Shown here in pieces: positions 38,021-52,239 of a DNA stretch of 64,000 nucleotides. Position 1 is the stretch's first letter. Every line of letters starts with the position of its first letter. A program made the translations under genes and the position numbers. The DNA is from Mobula hypostoma (lineage: Eukaryota). Under the pieces are notes generated by a model that made no database searches, was not told the origin of the DNA, and was given only the letters and a program-made list of their open reading frames with translations. The DNA lies in NCBI RefSeq assembly GCF_963921235.1, contig NC_086109.1:17176001-17240000 (forward strand), written 5' to 3'.

Positions 38021-38800
38021 ATAGAAACATAGGAACATAAGAAACCTACAGCACAATACAGGCCCTTTGGCCCACAAAGTTGTGCCGAACATGTCCCTAC
38101 CTTAGAAATTACTAGGCTTACCCGTAGCCCTCTATTTTTCTAAGCTCCATGTACCTATCCAAAAGTCTCTTAAAGACCTTATCATATCTGCCTCCACCAC
38201 AGTCGCCTGCACTCACCACTCTCTGCGTAAAAACTTACCCCTGACATCTCCACTGTACCTACTCCCCAGCACCTTAAATCTATGCCCTCTTGTGGCATCC
38301 ATTTCAGCCCTGGGAAAATGCCTCTGACTATCCACACAATCAATGCCTCTCATCATCTTCTACACCTCTATCAGGTCACCTCTCATCCTCCGTCACTCCG
38401 AGGAGAAAAGGCCAAGTTCACTCAACCTGTCTTCATAAGGCATGGTCCCCAATCCAGGCAATATCCTTGTAAATCTCCTCTGCACCCTTTCAATGGTTTC
38501 CACACCCTTCCTGTAGTGAGGCGACCAGAACTGAGCACAGTACTTTAAGTGGGGTCTGACCAGGGTCCTATATAGCTGCAACATTACCTCTCAGCTCCTA
38601 AATTCAATTCCACGATTGATGAAGGCCAATACACCGTATGCCTTCTTAACCACAGAGTCAAGCTGTGCAGCTGCTTTGAGTGTTCTATGGACTTGGACCC
38701 CCAAGATCCCTCTGATCCTCCACACAGCCAAGAGTCTTACCATTAATACTATATTCTGCCATCGTACTTGACCTACCAAAATGAACCACTTCACACTTAC
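38021..38800 (-). mobile_element. CR1 LINE 3' end
   Basis: VVKKAYGVLAFINRGIEFRS and LQLYRTLVRPHLKYCAQFWSPHYRK...ERVQRRFTRILPGL...LGLFS, plus a short tandem (TTTCTATG-like) tail. Confidence 0.92.
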
Positions 38801-41427
38801 AAGCTTACATTCCAACAGATTGAAAGAACAATTTCCATTCACCAGCACATTTCACAATCTCAGAACATTGACAATGATTTACAGCCAATTGAGTATTAAT
38901 GTAACAGTAATATCATAGGAAATGGCATGCCAAATTGCACACAAGTCCCTGACAAACAAAGGTGTGATGAAAAAGTTGCCTCCATGATGGTGACCAGACC
39001 ACTGGCAATAACTTTAGCGCTCTTCTTCAAAGTAATACCATGATCATTTTCGTCAGCTGGCAAAAGGTTTGGTTTGTTAGGTCATATGCAAGATGGCATC
39101 TCCATCTCTGGTGCAGCCTATCAGCACTTCCCTGCAATGCAAACTTGTAGTTTTCTACACAGGACTCTGGAGTTGAAATTGAACCATTAACCTTTTAAAT
39201 CCGTGGCAAGAACGGTTCCTCTTGAACCACCAAGAATAAGGGGCAGGGTTTAACATTTCTTTGATAATTACCCTAAAATATCTTTATCCCATTAGAGGCT
39301 ACTTGCAATGGTAGAGCGAGGTAGGGAGGCATGACGGCATGGTGGCTAGCACAACGCTTGACAATACCAGTGAGCCCGGTTCAATTCCCACTACTGCCTA
39401 TGAGGAGTTTGTACGTTCTCCCTGTGATCATGTTTGAATCAACCTAGGAATCATTATTTATTTATTTGTTGAGATACCGCGCAGAATAGGCCCTTCTGAT
39501 TGGGAGGTTAATTGGTCATTGTGACTGTCCCGTGATTAGGCTAGGGTTGCTGGACGTGCTGGAGGGGCCTACTCCAAGTGGTTTCATCCCACTTCCCATA
39601 GATGTACAGGTTAGTAAATTGTAGGCATGATACTTTGGTGCCAGAAGCATGGTGACACCTTCAGGTTAGTATGTTAATTGGTTACATGGGTGTTACTGGG
39701 CTTGTTGGGCCGGAAGGACCTGTTACTGTGCTGTAGCTCTAAAGAAAAAACAATTAAGTGAGTCAACATGAAGCTCAGTCAAACAGTTGGTGAGCAGGTA
39801 ATCTCAGTATTCCGCCCCCCCCCCCCCCCATTCACAGAAGAAAGAAACAAGACAATCATTGGAAACACAGTCCAAAGTTCAATTTATTATGCAAGTATAC
39901 TTATCCTGTACAATCCTTTTGTAAGTACTCACAAAACAAAGACAGGCAATAGAATTCTCTAATAAAAACACACACACAACAAGACCGCCCCATATCCAAT
40001 ATGCGAGAGAGCAAATCGTGCAGATAGTTTAAAAAGAGCAAATAAACCAGATGAAACATGAACTGCAGAGTCCCCAAAAGTGAGTCTGCAGCTGCAGAGT
40101 CTGTTCAGCACTGAGGCGAGTGAAGTCCGTCTAGGAACCCGATGACTGCAAGGTAACAACTGCTCCCAAACCTGGCGGTGTGGGACCCCAGACTCCTGCA
40201 CTTCCTGCCCAACAGCAGCAGCAAGGAGAAAGGGAGACCAGGCAAATGCAGGCAGATGCCACCAAATACCTGCTTGTTTTCCACTCTCATCCGCGATGAT
40301 TTTAATCCTGCTCGGTGCTTTAATCGGTGCAGAGTAATGGAGCTGACCACAGGTTCTTCTTGCGCTTTCAGGCCTTGATGCGGTGTCCACACCCAAAGAG
40401 GGTCACCCCGGCCGTACCTGTACTCTTGAGAGTCTAGTTTACTGAATCCCCAGGAAAATGCAAAAATGCCAGATTATTTAGTCGGTTCAAAAGGGAAATT
40501 ACAGGCTGCTGACTGCAGTGATTGCAGTTCAGAAGTATACCCACTAGAGTATCTAGTAGTTTTGTGAGTTGTCTGCAAACCAGTTGCAACAACTAGGGGA
40601 AAGACAATTCTGGATTGGGTGTTGTGTGATGAACCAGATTTGATGAGGGAGTTTAAGGTTAAGGAACACTTAGGACTCAGTAATCATAATATGATACGTA
40701 GAATTCACCCTGCAGTTTGTGAGAGAGAAGCTAAAACCAGATGTATCAGTATTACAGTGGGCTAAAGGGAATTACAGAGGTATGCAAGAGGAGCTGGCCG
40801 AAGTTATTTGGAAAATGACACTAGCAGGGTTGATGGCAGAGCAGCAATGGCTGGACTTTTCTGGGAGCAAATCGTAAGGTGCAGGATAGATACATCCCAA
40901 AGATGAAGTATTCTAAAGGGAGGATGAGCCAGCCATGGCTGACAAGGTAAGTCAGAGACAGCACAAAAGCAAAAGAGAGGGCACATTATGTAGCAAAATT
41001 TAATGGGAAATCCAAGGATCACGAAGATTGTAAGATCAACTGAAGGCAACTAAAAGTCAAAAGGAGAGAAAAGATGAAACATGAAGGAAAGCTAGTCAAT
41101 AATATAAGAGGATACCAAAAGTTTTTACAAACGTATAAGGAATTAAAGAGAAGCAAGATGGGATATCAGACAGCTGGAAAATGACGCTGGAGAGGTAGTA
41201 ATGGGGGACAGAGAAATGGCAGACAAACTTACTATGTATTCACATCAGTCTTCACTGTGGAAGACACCAGCATTAGGCCTGAAGTTCGAGAGTGTCAGGG
41301 GGAAGAAGTGAATGTGGTTGCCATTACTAGGGAGAAGGTGCTTGGGAAGCTGAAAGACCCAAAGGTAAATGTCACCTGCACTAGATGGACTACACACCAG
41401 GGTTCTGAAAGGAGTAGCTGAAGAGAT

Positions 41428-42117
41428 TTTTTTTTTAGATTAGATTATGAGGACACTCAGTCCTCGTTTATTGTCATTTAGAAATGCATGCATTAGGAAA
41501 TGATACAATGTTCCTCCAGAGTGATATTCACACAAAAACAGGACAAACCAAAGACTAACACTGACAAAACCACATAATTATAACATATAGTTACAGCAGT
41601 GCAAAACAATACCATAATTTGATAAAGAACAGACCATGGGCATGGTAAAAAAAAGTCTCAAGTCCCAATCGACTCCTATAGTCCCCGATAAGCAGGCGAC
41701 AAAAAGGGAGAAACCCCCCTGCCATAAACCTCCAGGCACCGACAACTGACAACTGCTAATGTACTGGAAGCACCCAAACACAGCTGACTGAGTCTGTCCA
41801 AAAACTTCGAGCCTCCAACCAGCCCCTCCGAGACAGCCTCCTGAGCGCCATCCTCTGCCGAGCACCTTCGACCTTGTCCCGGCCACCAAAACAAGCAAAG
41901 CCGAGGATTCAGAGGCCTACTCCTCTGGAGATTCTCGATGGCACAGTAGCAGCGGCAGCAAAGCGGGCATTTCAGAAGTTTGTCCAGATGTTCCTCCGCG
42001 CTCTCACGTCTGTCTCCATCAAATCAGAATTGTGAACGGTACCTACTTAACAAATACAAATATCATTCCGGAGCAGCCAAACGCGCTGTGTCGCACCGCC
42101 ATCTTCTCCTCCTCCCA
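41428..42117 (-). mobile_element. Non-autonomous LINE-dependent element nested in CR1
   Basis: 5' end GGGAGGAGGAGAAGATGGCGG (YY1-like) and CpG-rich. The 3' end has the stem-loop GAGGAC-TGAGT-GTCCTC followed by TCTAATCTAA and poly(A). No recognisable protein. Confidence 0.7.
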
Positions 42118-42554
42118 GAGGAGGCATTAGTAATGATTTCAAGAATCACTGGATTCTGGAAAGGTTCTGGAGAACTAGAAAATTGCAAATACCACTTCAC
42201 TCTTTAAGAAGGGAGGGCAGCAGAAGAAAGGAAATTATAGGCCAGTCAACCCAACTTCAGTGGTTGGAAAGATGTTGTTTCCATTATTAAGGATGAAATT
42301 TCGGAGTACTTGAAGGCACATGACAAAATAGGCTAAAATCAACTTGGTTTCCTTAAGGGGAAATCTTGTGTGACAAATTTGTTGGAATTCTTTGAGGAAA
42401 TAACAGGCAGTATAGACAAAAGAGAGTCAGTGGATGTTGTTTTCTTGGATTTTCAGAAGGCCTTTGATGAGGTGCTGCATATGAGGCTGCTTGACAAAAT
42501 AAGAGTCATGGTTTTTCAGGAAAGATACCAACATGAATGGAAAATCGGCTGACT

Positions 42555-43050
42555 GGCAGATGGCAGCGTGGGAACGTCTACACAGAGCGCTGTCACAGAA
42601 AAGCAGCATCCATTATCAAGGACCGTCACCATCCAGGCCATGCTCTTTTCTCACTGCTACCATCAGGAATAAGGTACAGGAGCTACAGGACCCACACCAC
42701 CAAGTTCAGGTACAGTTATTACCCCTCAACCATCAGGCTCTTGAACCAGAGGAGATAACTTCACTCATTTTCACTATCTCCATCACTATCTTCCCACAAC
42801 CTATGGACTCACTTTTAAGGACTCTTCATCTCATGTTCTCGATATTTAGTACTTTTTTTTCTTTTTGTATTTCCAGTTTGTTGTCTTTTGTGCAGTGGTT
42901 GTCTGGGTAATTGTCCTGTTGGGTGTGGTCTTTCATTGATTCTATTATGCTTCTTGTATTTACTGTGAATGCCCACGCAAATATTAATCTCGGGGTTGTA
43001 TAGGATGACATTTTTGTACTTTGATAATAAATTAACTTTGAACTTTGAAT
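42555..43050 (+). mobile_element. Rex1/Babar-type 3' fragment nested in CR1
   Basis: RCHRKAASIIKDRHHPGHALFSLLPSGIRYRSYRTHTTKFRYSYYPSTIRLLN plus a (TTTGAAC)n tail. Confidence 0.85.
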
Positions 43051-46000
43051 TTTTTGAACTTTTTTTGGTAGGGTAGTGGTGTTCCACAGGTGTTTGTATT
43101 GGGACCGCTTCTTTTCATGTTATATGTCAATGATTTGGATCACAGAGTTGATGGCTTTGTGGCCAAATCTGTGGATGATATGAAGATAGGTGGAGAGGCA
43201 AGTAGTACTGAAGAAGCAGGGAGTCTGCAGAGGACTTAGACACGTTAGGAGAATGTCCAAAGAAGTGGCAGATGGAATATAGTGTACGGATGTGTATGGC
43301 CGTACACTTTGGTGTAAGGAATAAAGGTATAAACTATTTTCTAAACAGGGAGAAAATTCAAGAATCAGAGGTGCAAAGAGACTTGGGAGTCCTTGTACAG
43401 GATTCCCTGTAGGATAACCTGTAGGTTGAGTTGGTGGTAAGGAAGGCAAAAGCAATGTTAGCATTAATTTTGATTATAAAGTAAGAATGGAATGCTGAGG
43501 TTTTATCAGACTTTGGTTGGACCACACTTAGAATATCGTGAGCAGCTTTGGGTCCCTTATATTCAAAAAGATGTTCTGGCATTAGAGAGGGTTCAGAGGA
43601 TGTTCGCAAGAATTATTCCAGGAATGAAAGGGTTAATGTATGAGGAGTGTCTTATGGTCCTGTGCCTGTAGACCCTGGAGTTTAGAAGAAGGTGGGGGGG
43701 GTGGAACCTCATTGAAACCTATCAAATATTGAAAGACCTAGAGGTAGAGTGGAAATGGAGAGGCTGTTTCCTTTTATTGGGCACAGCCTCAGAAAAGAGG
43801 GATGTCCATTCAGAACAGACGTGAGGAGGAATTTCTTTAGATCGTGAATCTGTGGAATTCATTGCCACAGATGGCTGTGGAGACCAAGTTATTGGATATA
43901 TTTAAAGCAGAGATTGATAGGTTCTAGATTAGCCAGGGCATCAAAGGTTATAGGGAGAAGGCAGGAGAAAGGAGTTCGGAGGGATAATAAATCATGATAG
44001 AATGATGGAGCAGACTCAATGGGCCGAGTGGCTTAATTCTGCTCCATTATCTTATGGTCTAATAAAAAGAAGAAGATGGGACGGACTTATGTCTATTCAG
44101 GACCATTGCTTCTCCAGAGCATGTCCCTTTGCGGTCTTGGCATCATCACCTAGCAGCTTCTGTCACCAAAACACATAGCTCCCTTTCTCCTCTCCTTTCT
44201 TTAGCTCCTCTTTTTAATATTCAACATTGAAAATAAATTTATTATCAAAGTACGGATATGTCACCACAAACTACCCAGAGATTCATTTTCTTGCAAGCAT
44301 TCACAGTAGAGCAAAGAATTATAATAGAATCAATGAACAACTACTCAAAAACACAAGTTTAATTTTTTTCTTAGCACCCACCCTCTATTCCCAGGTACTA
44401 TCTCCCTGACTCTCACCAGTGCCAATGTAGAAAATGTGACACAATCATGAAGTTAAAGAAAGATATGGCACAGATATAGGTCCATTGGCTCTCTAGTCCA
44501 CATTGACCATCAACACCTCCCTTGCATTAAACGTTTATTAATCTGTTTTTTTTAAATCTCCAAACATTCTCATCAATTCCCCCAAGCTTTATCCACTCAG
44601 CAACAGACTCGGGCACTTTGCAGAAGCCAATTTTGGGAATATGACAGGAAACCAGAGGACAGAAAGGAAAATGCGCACAGTTCCCGCGTGAGAATGTGTA
44701 AGCTTCACACAGACAGCGTCTGAGGTCAGGATTGAATGCAGGCCTCTGGCAATGCCTCTGCTAGTTGCACCACAGTGCTGTTTTCCCCATCTTATTATTG
44801 TTCATCTCCTCTTCAAAGAGCTGTCTCAAGCTTTCCTTTCAGGTGATGGCACAGATTACGTGTAATTCATAGAATGCCCCCATCTCCTTCCTCCTGCACT
44901 AAGGAGATTAAACATAGTTTTGTTGACTATTCTTGCTGAATTGTCTATTCCCTTTGCTCTCTGTAGCTCACCACAAACCTCCTCCCCCATTCTGATGGCT
45001 CATGGACTTGTCCATTGTACCATTGAATCTTAACATAAAATCTCATCTTTCTCCCATGCCATCGGCAATACGTTCATCTGTGCAACGACAAATAGACTTT
45101 CAGGTCAAGGGTCATTGATCTGAAATGCTGTTGGACTAAGTATTACGAGTGAATTCTATTTTTATTTGAAACATCGCTTCTGTGTTTGTTTGATATCACC
45201 AGCACATATAGGATTTGCCTACTTCTGGCATTTGTTAAAGAGATAAACATTTTTTTCTTGGAAACTATCAAGGATGGTCTATAAAAATGCTGGAAGAGTG
45301 ACTGGTTGGTCTGCTGATAACAATGAAGTTACTGTCTGTCCAAATATGACTAAAATGTATGACAGTAATGCACTGAGCTATACTATATTCACCAGCTTCT
45401 TTGCTCCAATGTTAATGTTTTAATTTAATTTTGAGTGGTTTTCTTAGTTTTCAATATCCAAAATGATGAAAGGGGTTTGACAGAGAGCAAAGTGAGGAAG
45501 TGTTTCTAGAGGCAGCAGGATTGATGATCAGAAGGGATAGATTTTAGAACTTTTCCAAAGGAAGATTATTAAATTGTTTATTTACTGGATTATGATCCAG
45601 AAAACACTGACCAGTAGAACAGCAAGAAACTAAAAGTCTGAAAAATAAAGGATGGAAACTTGTAAAGCCTTTGGAATAAGGCTATGGGACTAATTTGATT
45701 TATGCTGTTTCAGTGAAAAATGATTAGGTTACTAGACATGCATACACTGGCCTGGATTGACATTCCCGTGAATGGAACTCAATTCCTATTACATTGGTAA
45801 TGGAAATCTAATTAATTAATTAATTAAGGATTTATTTTATTTTTTTTAAACTTGCATGTTCAGTAACCAGAGAAATATCTTATTTCCGTATTTATTTTAA
45901 GAAAAGGAATTCTTTTGACTTTATTCAATGTGGTCAATATGTGACTCCTTATCTATGACAACATCATTAACTCTTCACTCTGTTCTATTACTGGGCTTGG

Positions 46001-47074
46001 TAATCTACCAAACTGAAGGGCAATTCCAAATATGTAATAAATGCTATTCTTGTCAATTATTTGAAAAAATGGTTCTTGCAACGACTCAATGGTCCAAATC
46101 CCTCCACCTGTGTTACATGATTTTGGCTGCATTTGAAGTTTGCAGAGATGAATGATGAAATGGCTAATAATAAAATACTTCTAAAAGTCCCAGAGCAGCA
46201 CACAGCAAATGTAATTTAACTTACTCAGATATCATGAAACAGCAGTTCTGAAAATGACATTTCAGCTCCTTTACAGGAGAGGAAAGGAAGTAAATTAATC
46301 TTGGGACTGATTGAATGGGAGCTCCATGGATTTTATTTCAAAGTATAATTACAAGAGAAGGGAGATTGAAATGAATTAATTATTGAACACCTGTTCATTT
46401 TTTTTTTGCTGAGTTTTCAAAAACTGAACAAATCCAATTAAAAATTGATTCATCAGAAGAGGGACCACAGAGAAACCAAATGCCCCTTGTAAGGCATCTT
46501 TTAAGAAAACCATTATATGAAAGTGGGTTAAAATAGTGTCCTGTTGAACTCAAGGCAACAATGTCCTTAAATGTTAAAACCAGCTTGTATTTGCACAGCA
46601 CTTACATCTTAGTACAATATCCCATGCTCTGAGCAATCTCATCAGTACCAATCCTCGATGTGTTCACTGGTAACCTGCTCTCTCACTCATTCTCTCATGT
46701 TCTATCTTGTGCACGCACACGCACACACACAAACACACACCAGCTTCTCCTGATTTTCCAGCCTCCCACCCACAGAAGAGGCAATTGGTAGGCCAGCTAA
46801 CCTACCAACCCACATTTCTGGAATGTGGGAGGAAACCAGAGCTACAGGAGGAAACATACAATCACAGAGAACTTGCAAACTCCACACAGGCAGCAACTGA
46901 GATCAGGCACAGACTCGAGTCACTGGAGCTGTGAGGCAGCAGGCCAAATTACTCTGCCACCATGCTTGAATAGGAACGTTTTAGTACTAAAATTCAGGTC
47001 ACAAGGGGTGAATGCTTCAATACCAAAGTGTAGCAAAAATAAGAGTGTGACAGTCAATGCTGGTGAGATTTCTA

Positions 47075-47205
47075 GCTCTCTCCCTCTCCCTCTCCCCTTC
47101 CTCCTCTCTCCCCTTCTCCCCCCTCCTTCTCTCTCTCTCTCCTCCCTCTCACTCCCCCTTCTTCCCCCCATTTTTTCTCCCCTCCTCCCCCCTCCCCTTC
47201 TTTCA
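47075..47205. repeat. Polypyrimidine/polypurine low-complexity tract
   Basis: About 130 bp almost exclusively C/T on the + strand. Confidence 0.9.
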
Positions 47206-50200
47206 TACTGCGTAGCTTTGGGATTGACCTTGAGACATTTTACATATAAGCTATTTTTTGTAGTACAGTCCAGATTGGGAAATGCTAGACCTACCATTCG
47301 TTTGGTAAAATCGTTCCTCTTGATTTTCTAATTTTCTATTGTTGTCCTTACACTGGTTTCTGTTGTGGACTCCTGCAGCATAACCGACCAGAGCAAGTTG
47401 AAGAGATGGGAGACCTTTTATTTGTTCAGTCTATGCTAAATTCAAACCTTGATCCCAGAGCCTACCCAAACAGTACTTAAGGCAACTTTTACAAAGAGTC
47501 GCTTGCATATAAAGCCAAACTTATGGAGAAAATGGAAATAAAAGATATCTGCAGAAAATACTACAAATACCCAACTGGTCAGGCAGCCCGCCAAAAGATA
47601 AACAGAAAAAAAAGTCTCAGGTTAATAACTTGTCTTCAGAACCATGCCATTGATTGTTTCCTGAGGGGAGATGTGCATAGCACAATCACATCTCATCACA
47701 GCCCCTGTCCAATTTGCCACGGAACTAGGACTATGGTTTAATGGCATAAGTTCCCAAAGCACTGTTGGAAGAAGAACAGGGCACATCCTTTCATGGCTTC
47801 ACCAGAACTTATCCTTCAATTGTCTTCACCAATGGAAGAAATGCTTTCCAATCACATTCTTGTTGTGGGGTATGGTGGCTTGCTGGCACAAATTACCTTC
47901 CTTGCCTCCTAAAGCAGTGACACAAATCTTTCACGAAAGCTTCATCATTGTAAATAAATCCCCTGAGTCTTTGTAGTGTTTCTTCAAATTTCAGTCTTCA
48001 TTCTCCATTCTGCAAGATAGCGGAGTTCCAATCCTGAAACGATAGCTTGTGGAAAATAATTAAAATAAATAATCATGAAATTATCTGGATTATTGTCAGA
48101 GATTTGGGTGGTTCAAAACAGTTCTCAGAGAAGGAAATGAACAATCTCCAAGAGAAGGAAAATGCCTTCCTTATCTGATATGGTTCACTTTATGGCAGCT
48201 AAACTTTCAATATCTTTAGAGCAAAAAGTACATAAAAATATATGTATATTGCTTCTAACTTCACAGATTAAAGTAGAAAGTGGAATGGATAGCAAATCAG
48301 AGTTTCCAACTATGATTTATACTCCCATTGAATCTCAGTTTCTTTAGTAGAGAAGGAGGCCATTCAGTCCATCACACGTTATCTGGCTCTTTCAAAAAGT
48401 ATTTGAGTTCTCCATAACCTTCCCTCCTTCCCTCATTTCTCAGGAAGATTCTTTTTTCTCCTTTAACAATTTATCTGATTCCCTTTCAAAAGTTGTTGTT
48501 TAATCTTAAATGCCATTCACTCACTCCGTCATTTCACAAACTGCCTTTAAAATCGTATGACTGATCAACCCTTTGCCCATTCGAAACTCTTTATTTTTTT
48601 TCTAACCTGAGTGAACTCTTCATTCCATTCATTGCTCTGACAAATTTCCTTGGTGTCTTCTCTACTGTAAAGTGAACAATTACAGCTCCAAACTCTATCC
48701 ATGTTTCTGGACACCTTCATTCCCAAAACCATTTAGGAGTTCTTTTCTATATCAACTCCAAAGCCTTCACATTCTTCCATGAGCATGCTTCCCAAAATTC
48801 AACACGATATTCAACTTGGGCTTAATTAGGTTTATTTAAATTTCTTGAATTAGACTCTGAACTTCACTTCTAAAGCCCCTGGCTCTGATGCTGTATCCTA
48901 TTTATTTGCTACAAGTACAAAATCCCTGTTCTTTCACCCTCTTAGAAGTGTATCATTTAGCTGTTCTGCCCCTGCTTATTCCTCTAACCAAAGATGTATC
49001 AGGATTGGGTCTATCCCTAATCACATTTCTCAAAGCACAGTTCTTACTCTGTCCTCAGATCCATGCTTGATGCCTTGTGGTAACACATGTATATGCTTTC
49101 AGTATCTCTCTGCAACGCACCACCTCACTCTGTCTCAAAGCTGTGCTGGTCCATAGTCCCACTTCATCCTTCCTCTGTAGGTGACACAAACAGTACAGTA
49201 AATGAAAGGGGAGAAAGTACCGGACAACATGAGGAGTGTACAGACAGTCTGCTCCAAGGAGCAAATAAAGTTTATTACAGAAAGTGTGAATTGATAGATT
49301 GGGATGAGTTGGCATCTGAAAGGAAAAAAAAATCTTCATTGCAGCGCAGAATAGAAGATACACGGTTAAGGTAATTGGCAAAAAGAAAGGCTGGCATTTA
49401 CACAGATTTCTACACAACCACATGATGTTTCAAATTATTTCTCTTTTGATGTGTGCTCACTCTCATAATTTGCAGAATGTGATAGCACAGTAATCTCCCA
49501 TATACCGAAATATGATATACATAAGTTAATATGAATCGGGGACAGCATTCTTAGCTCTGAGTTAGAGATTTCAAATTCACCCTGTTGTAGAAAAATATCG
49601 AACAAAATCAAAAGCAGACTGGACACCTTCATTCACCACAACACTGCACTATCATTGAACATAACCTTTGGGCTCACTTTCAAGTACTCTACAATTCATG
49701 GTCTCTATTAATTTACTTATCTATCTATCTATTTATTAATTGTGTACTTTTTTGTATTTGCACAATTTGTCAATCTTTGTGTGTAGTTTCTTACTGATTC
49801 TACTTCACTTCTTTGTTTTACCGTGAATGCCCGCAAGAAAATGGATCTCAGAGTAGTATTTGGTGATATATACGTACTTTGAGTTGGGGCACAGAAGTTC
49901 AGTCGGCCATCTAGTACATACGGCCTCTCGATCCCATCCTCCTGCTTCTTCCCCATACGTTTGAGGTCTCTCCCATCAGTCAATCAGTGCACGCAAAGCC
50001 TTATCGCAGTCGTCATTGGAAAGATGCCACTTCTGACAGCACGCTGCTCTCTCAGTGCTGCCTGCTTGTATCCGATCTGGGGCTTATAGCCAAAGGCATC
50101 AGACTCAAATTAAATTAAAACCGTTACATTGAGACTGACATGCAGAGATATTGATGGTAGAGTGCAGTGGTCAAGAGGGACACTGATATAACAAAATAGT

Positions 50201-52157
50201 TCAAAAGAACCTTGGGTGATGTGAGGATTTTTTTTGTATTTATAGCGTGCTGCTATGATCTGGATCGCAATGCCTTCAAGTGACAGGAGAAGCAGAATCA
50301 AATGTAACCTTCAAAAAGAGTTAGATAAATGTTTGAAGGGAATCATATGCCTGCCAGGGGAAAGAGTATCAAAGTGGGATGAGTTGGATAGTTCTTTCAC
50401 AGCACAGATATGGTGGGCTTAATGATTGTTAAATTGTTTTATCAATGTCTCATGCACTGAGGCATGCTGAAGAACTTCGTTTTGCACACCACCCATTCAG
50501 ATCATTTCCTCATATCAGTACTTCAAGGGAAAATCTACAGGAGAATGAAGAATATAGTGTTAAAATCACAGAGAAAATGCAGTGCAAACAGATGATGAGG
50601 TGCGAGTCCATGATGAAGTGTATTCAGTGGTCTTATTGCAGGGTGGAAGCTGCCCTTGAGACGGGTGCTATGTGCTTTCAGGCTTTTTTATGTTCTGCCT
50701 GATGGTTGAGGAGATGAAAGAATATCTGGGATGGGAGGGTGGTCTTTGATTACGTTGGCTACATTGCCAGGGCAGTGAGAAGTATAGACAGTCCCATTCT
50801 CTGCTGAAGAAATCTGCCTCGCGGCAGCAAAGAAAACTGCTCACACCGAACAACCACCCAACTCTAAATTAAATCAGACTATAGTATCCCTCAACAAATT
50901 CTCATCCTGTTAGGAAAGAAAGAACAGGGCTTCCATTTCCTTATCTTTGTCCAGAGGGTTCAACTGGAATTTATCCATGTGTGAGTGTTGGCAGAGGAAA
51001 GGATTCTGCTTGGATGTGATGTCCCTCACAGTAACGGAGCCAGTTGACTTTCAATATCCAGGCTCATAAATGAATAACGGCCCCTGGTGCAAGGAACCAG
51101 CGATTTGTAACAATGGAATCATTTGAATCAGTTGCGAGTCCTTGTGGACAGCAGGTGGAAGCATTCTGTCTTCCAGACAAAAATAAGTCAACCAATTATA
51201 TCCGACTTTTAAAAGAATGTGATCCCAGATTGAATTTTAGATCAAATATTTCTGAGCCTTGTTTTTTAAACATTTTTATTTTACTTTATTTAGAAGTTCT
51301 CTACTGTACTGCCCATTATGCCACTAGCTTTTAGGGCAGAGATGAAGGTCCTTCCTTCTCAAACGGAGTTCAGGGCTTCCTTCATCATGTCTCTAGCTTC
51401 CTCTCATTTTCATTGCTGTCGTTCATGAAAGTTCCAGGTGGAGACTCAGGAATACCATCGCACTCAGATATAGAAGGAATCTTCATTGCTGTTTCCGTAA
51501 CAATTTTGTTTTACCAGTCAGGGTGGTTAACCCTGAGCTAAACCTCAGAACCTGGAGGACCAGTGGACCACTCTCAGTCTGGCCTCTACCCCTTGACCTG
51601 TTTGACATGGGTGACCCTTCTAAGAGCCAAAGCATAAAGCCCTGACTCCAGCCAACATAGATGTCATTGAGGCACGCAGGCCTCTGAACCCTACAACCGC
51701 TGAGGTTGTGATCCTCAGAGGTACAGCACAGAAACAAGGCCCTTCTGGCCCAATGAGCCCTTGCCGCCCAATTACACCCATTTGACCAATTAAATTGCTA
51801 ATCCATATGTCTTTGGAATTCAGGAGGAAACCAGAGCACCTGGAAGGATCCAATGTTATGTGGGTGGAAAGACTTTCAGACCCGCCAAACCTTAGCCGCT
51901 GAAATCCTCATCCAGACTTTAGTTATTACATCTGGACTTTATTCCAAATCATTTCTATTGCAATGAAAGTGCAGGGAAAATTAAAATAGAGGACAATCAC
52001 CAATGTTTTATAAAAGGAAAATTGTATTTGATAAACGTAAGATTTAGAATGTACTTTACTGAGGAAATAAAGGGAGACCCATAGATGTAGTGTATTTGAA
52101 TTTCATAAGGCAGTCAGTGAGGTGGCACATGAAATGTAAAAATTCATGGTCTTAAGG

Positions 52158-52239
52158 CAGGGGTTTTTCAACCTTATTTATGCCATGGACCCCTACTATT
52201 AACTGAGGGGGTCCGTAGTCCCCAGGTTGGGACCTCCTG
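52158..52239. mobile_element. hAT/Charlie-like mini-MITE (82 bp)
   Basis: TIRs CAGGGGTTTTTCAACCT ... AGGTTGGGACCTCCTG with an imperfect 8-bp TSD TCTTAAGG / TCTTAGAG. Same family as 24645-24725 in the opposite orientation. Confidence 0.75.

Larger units (their letters stand above)
40590..44062 (+). mobile_element. Long decayed CR1 LINE ORF2 with two nested insertions
   Basis: RT motifs TNLLEFFEEIT..IDKRESVDVVFLDFQKAFD.V.H.RLL.KI, GVPQ..LGPLLF.LY.NDL and K.VDDMKIGG, plus a 3'UTR ending tcttatggtct. Interrupted at ~41428-42117 and ~42555-43050. Confidence 0.9.

Noticed and set aside
45809..45827. (TAAT)n palindromic run
   Set aside because: Short AT microsatellite with no supporting context.
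46825..47331. 168-aa and 125-aa overlapping ORFs
   Set aside because: Produced by a SINE plus a low-complexity C/T tract lacking stops.
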